A stretch of DNA of 35,340 bases from an uncultured bacterium (GTDB lineage: Bacteria > Bacteroidota > Bacteroidia > NS11-12g > UBA9320). Every line of letters starts with the position of its first letter. The stretch's first letter is position 1. Both the position numbers and the translations under genes were made by a program. Below the pieces are notes generated by a model, which saw nothing but the letters and a program-made list of their open reading frames with translations, was not told where the DNA came from and ran no database searches. Positions 34,180 to 35,340 of the stretch are shown here, in pieces. The stretch lies in assembly GCA_965368435.1 (NCBI GenBank), contig CBDUMX010000002.1, positions 1 through 35,340 of the forward strand, written 5' to 3'.

Positions 34180-35340
34180 ATGCGATTTATCTTATCTGTA
34201 TTAATTCTTGCATTTTGCTCATTGGCTTATAGCCAAGAGGTCAAGCAATGGAGTTTACAAGACTGTATTGACTATGCTTTAGAGAACAATATTTCTCTCA
34301 AACAAAGCGAACTTCAGATTGAAATTCTACAAAACAATCTAACTCAGACTAAGTGGAATAGACTTCCCAATTTAAATGCCTCAGCAAGTCATAATTACAA
34401 TATTGGTAGAACTATCGACCCTTTTACAAATACTTTTATTGATAGAAATATACAGTCAAATGCCTTTTCTTTAACTAGCGGTGTGACTTTATACTCAGGA
34501 GGCCGAATTAATAACAGCATCAAACAGACACAGACTGCTTATGATGCGAGTAGTGAAGGCCAAGAAGCCCTAAAAAATCAGATTAGCTTATCTGTTGCTA
34601 CTGCTTATTTACAAATCATACAGGCAGAAGAAAATCTTAAACTCGCTGATGCTCAAGTTGAAATTACCGAAGCACAGCTTGAGAGAGCGCGAAAGTTAGT
34701 TTCATCTGGACTCGACAATAAAGCCATTGTCTACGGATTGGAAGCTCAGCTCGCCAATGATAGAGTGCAAAGTATCAATGCTCAAAATCAAATTCAATTA
34801 GCATATAACAATATGTTAAACCTACTCCAAATAGATAATAATACTCCATTTGAAATTAAACTAATCGACATAGACACACTGCCCGAATACACAGAAGAGT
34901 CCGTTGCAAGTATATATGACTTGGCTATACAAAATATGCCCGAGGTCAAGCAGGCCGAGCTATCCGTATTGGAATCTCAACTAAGCCAAAAAGTTGTAGG
35001 GGCCTCGCGATATCCTACATTATCTGCATATGGAAATTTAAATACTGTTTATTCAGAAACGGGAATTGAATTGGCAGAAGTAAGCACTCAACTAACAACT
35101 ATTGGTTATACCAAAACCACAAATGAAGAGGTACTTTCTTTAATCCCTGTTCAAAAGTATGTTCAGAGTTCATTTGGCAATCAACTAAACAATAACCTTG
35201 GGCGTTCTGTCGGTCTCTCTCTCTCTGTCCCAGTCTTCAATAATTTTAGAACTTCTACGTCTTATGAAAATGCAAAGTTGAACACTGAAATTAACGAACT
35301 TAATCTAGTACAGACTAAAAATCAGCTGCGATCTGATATC
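34180..35340 (+). CDS. TolC-family outer-membrane efflux protein; 3' end cut by window edge
   Basis: Not in the track. Hand translation gives MRFILSVLILAFCSLAYSQEVKQWSLQDCIDYALENNISLKQSELQIE...NRLPNLNASASHNYNIGR...LERARKLVSSG..., the typical TolC/OprM N-terminal repeat pattern. The frame is open to position 35340. Confidence 0.85.
   Translation, partial: MRFILSVLILAFCSLAYSQEVKQWSLQDCIDYALENNISLKQSELQIEILQNNLTQTKWNRLPNLNASASHNYNIGRTIDPFTNTFIDRNIQSNAFSLTSGVTLYSGGRINNSIKQTQTAYDASSEGQEALKNQISLSVATAYLQIIQAEENLKLADAQVEITEAQLERARKLVSSGLDNKAIVYGLEAQLANDRVQSINAQNQIQLAYNNMLNLLQIDNNTPFEIKLIDIDTLPEYTEESVASIYDLAIQNMPEVKQAELSVLESQLSQKVVGASRYPTLSAYGNLNTVYSETGIELAEVSTQLTTIGYTKTTNEEVLSLIPVQKYVQSSFGNQLNNNLGRSVGLSLSVPVFNNFRTSTSYENAKLNTEINELNLVQTKNQLRSDI

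Noticed and set aside
35214-35226. (TC)6 dinucleotide tract inside the TolC-family gene as a possible phase-variation switch
   Set aside because: Only about 6 units. It encodes a plausible beta-strand, GLSLSV. It is too short for efficient slipped-strand switching, and no other contingency-locus features are present.
1-35340. Defence systems, CRISPR arrays, toxin-antitoxin pairs, prophage or IS elements, tRNA/rRNA/riboswitches
   Set aside because: No spacer longer than about 115 nt, no direct-repeat arrays, no nuclease, ATPase, integrase or transposase motifs in any ORF, and 5' leaders too short for riboswitches. I found nothing to support such calls.

Overview
This is a compact, AT-rich chromosomal segment. 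It is about 97% coding and has no intergenic gap longer than about 115 nt. It looks like a Flavobacteriia-class Bacteroidota genome for four reasons: four type IX secretion (T9SS) cargo genes, several lipobox lipoproteins, no Shine-Dalgarno sequences, and perfect TAnnTTTG -7 promoter boxes in most intergenic gaps.

I count 27 CDS. Two are cut by the window edges: miaB on the left (absent from the ORF track, translated by hand) and a TolC-family gene on the right (also translated by hand). I see no rRNA, tRNA, CRISPR, IS element, integrase, phage gene or recognisable defence gene.

The most system-like element is a seven-gene, translationally coupled minus-strand operon at 12712->5769. Its gene order is: DUF2797-like unknown, type 2 IPP isomerase, class II HMG-CoA reductase, GYDIA-motif GHMP kinase, diphosphomevalonate decarboxylase, mevalonate kinase, UbiA-family membrane prenyltransferase. 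The prenyltransferase resembles archaeal ether-lipid DGGGP synthases in its first motif but has a degenerate second Asp motif.

A second candidate module is a cytoplasmic NodB-like deacetylase, a NodC/PgaC-like processive GT2 and lgt, tightly packed and probably one operon (34081->31510). It sits next to a DAG-kinase-family lipid kinase.

Genome-style oddities:
- -7 boxes only 3-6 nt from the ATG, which implies leaderless mRNAs.
- Four convergent gene pairs with 1, 0 or negative spacing.
- Several GTG/TTG starts at the tight gene junctions.

All family calls rest on motifs I can read in the translations. No database search was possible.
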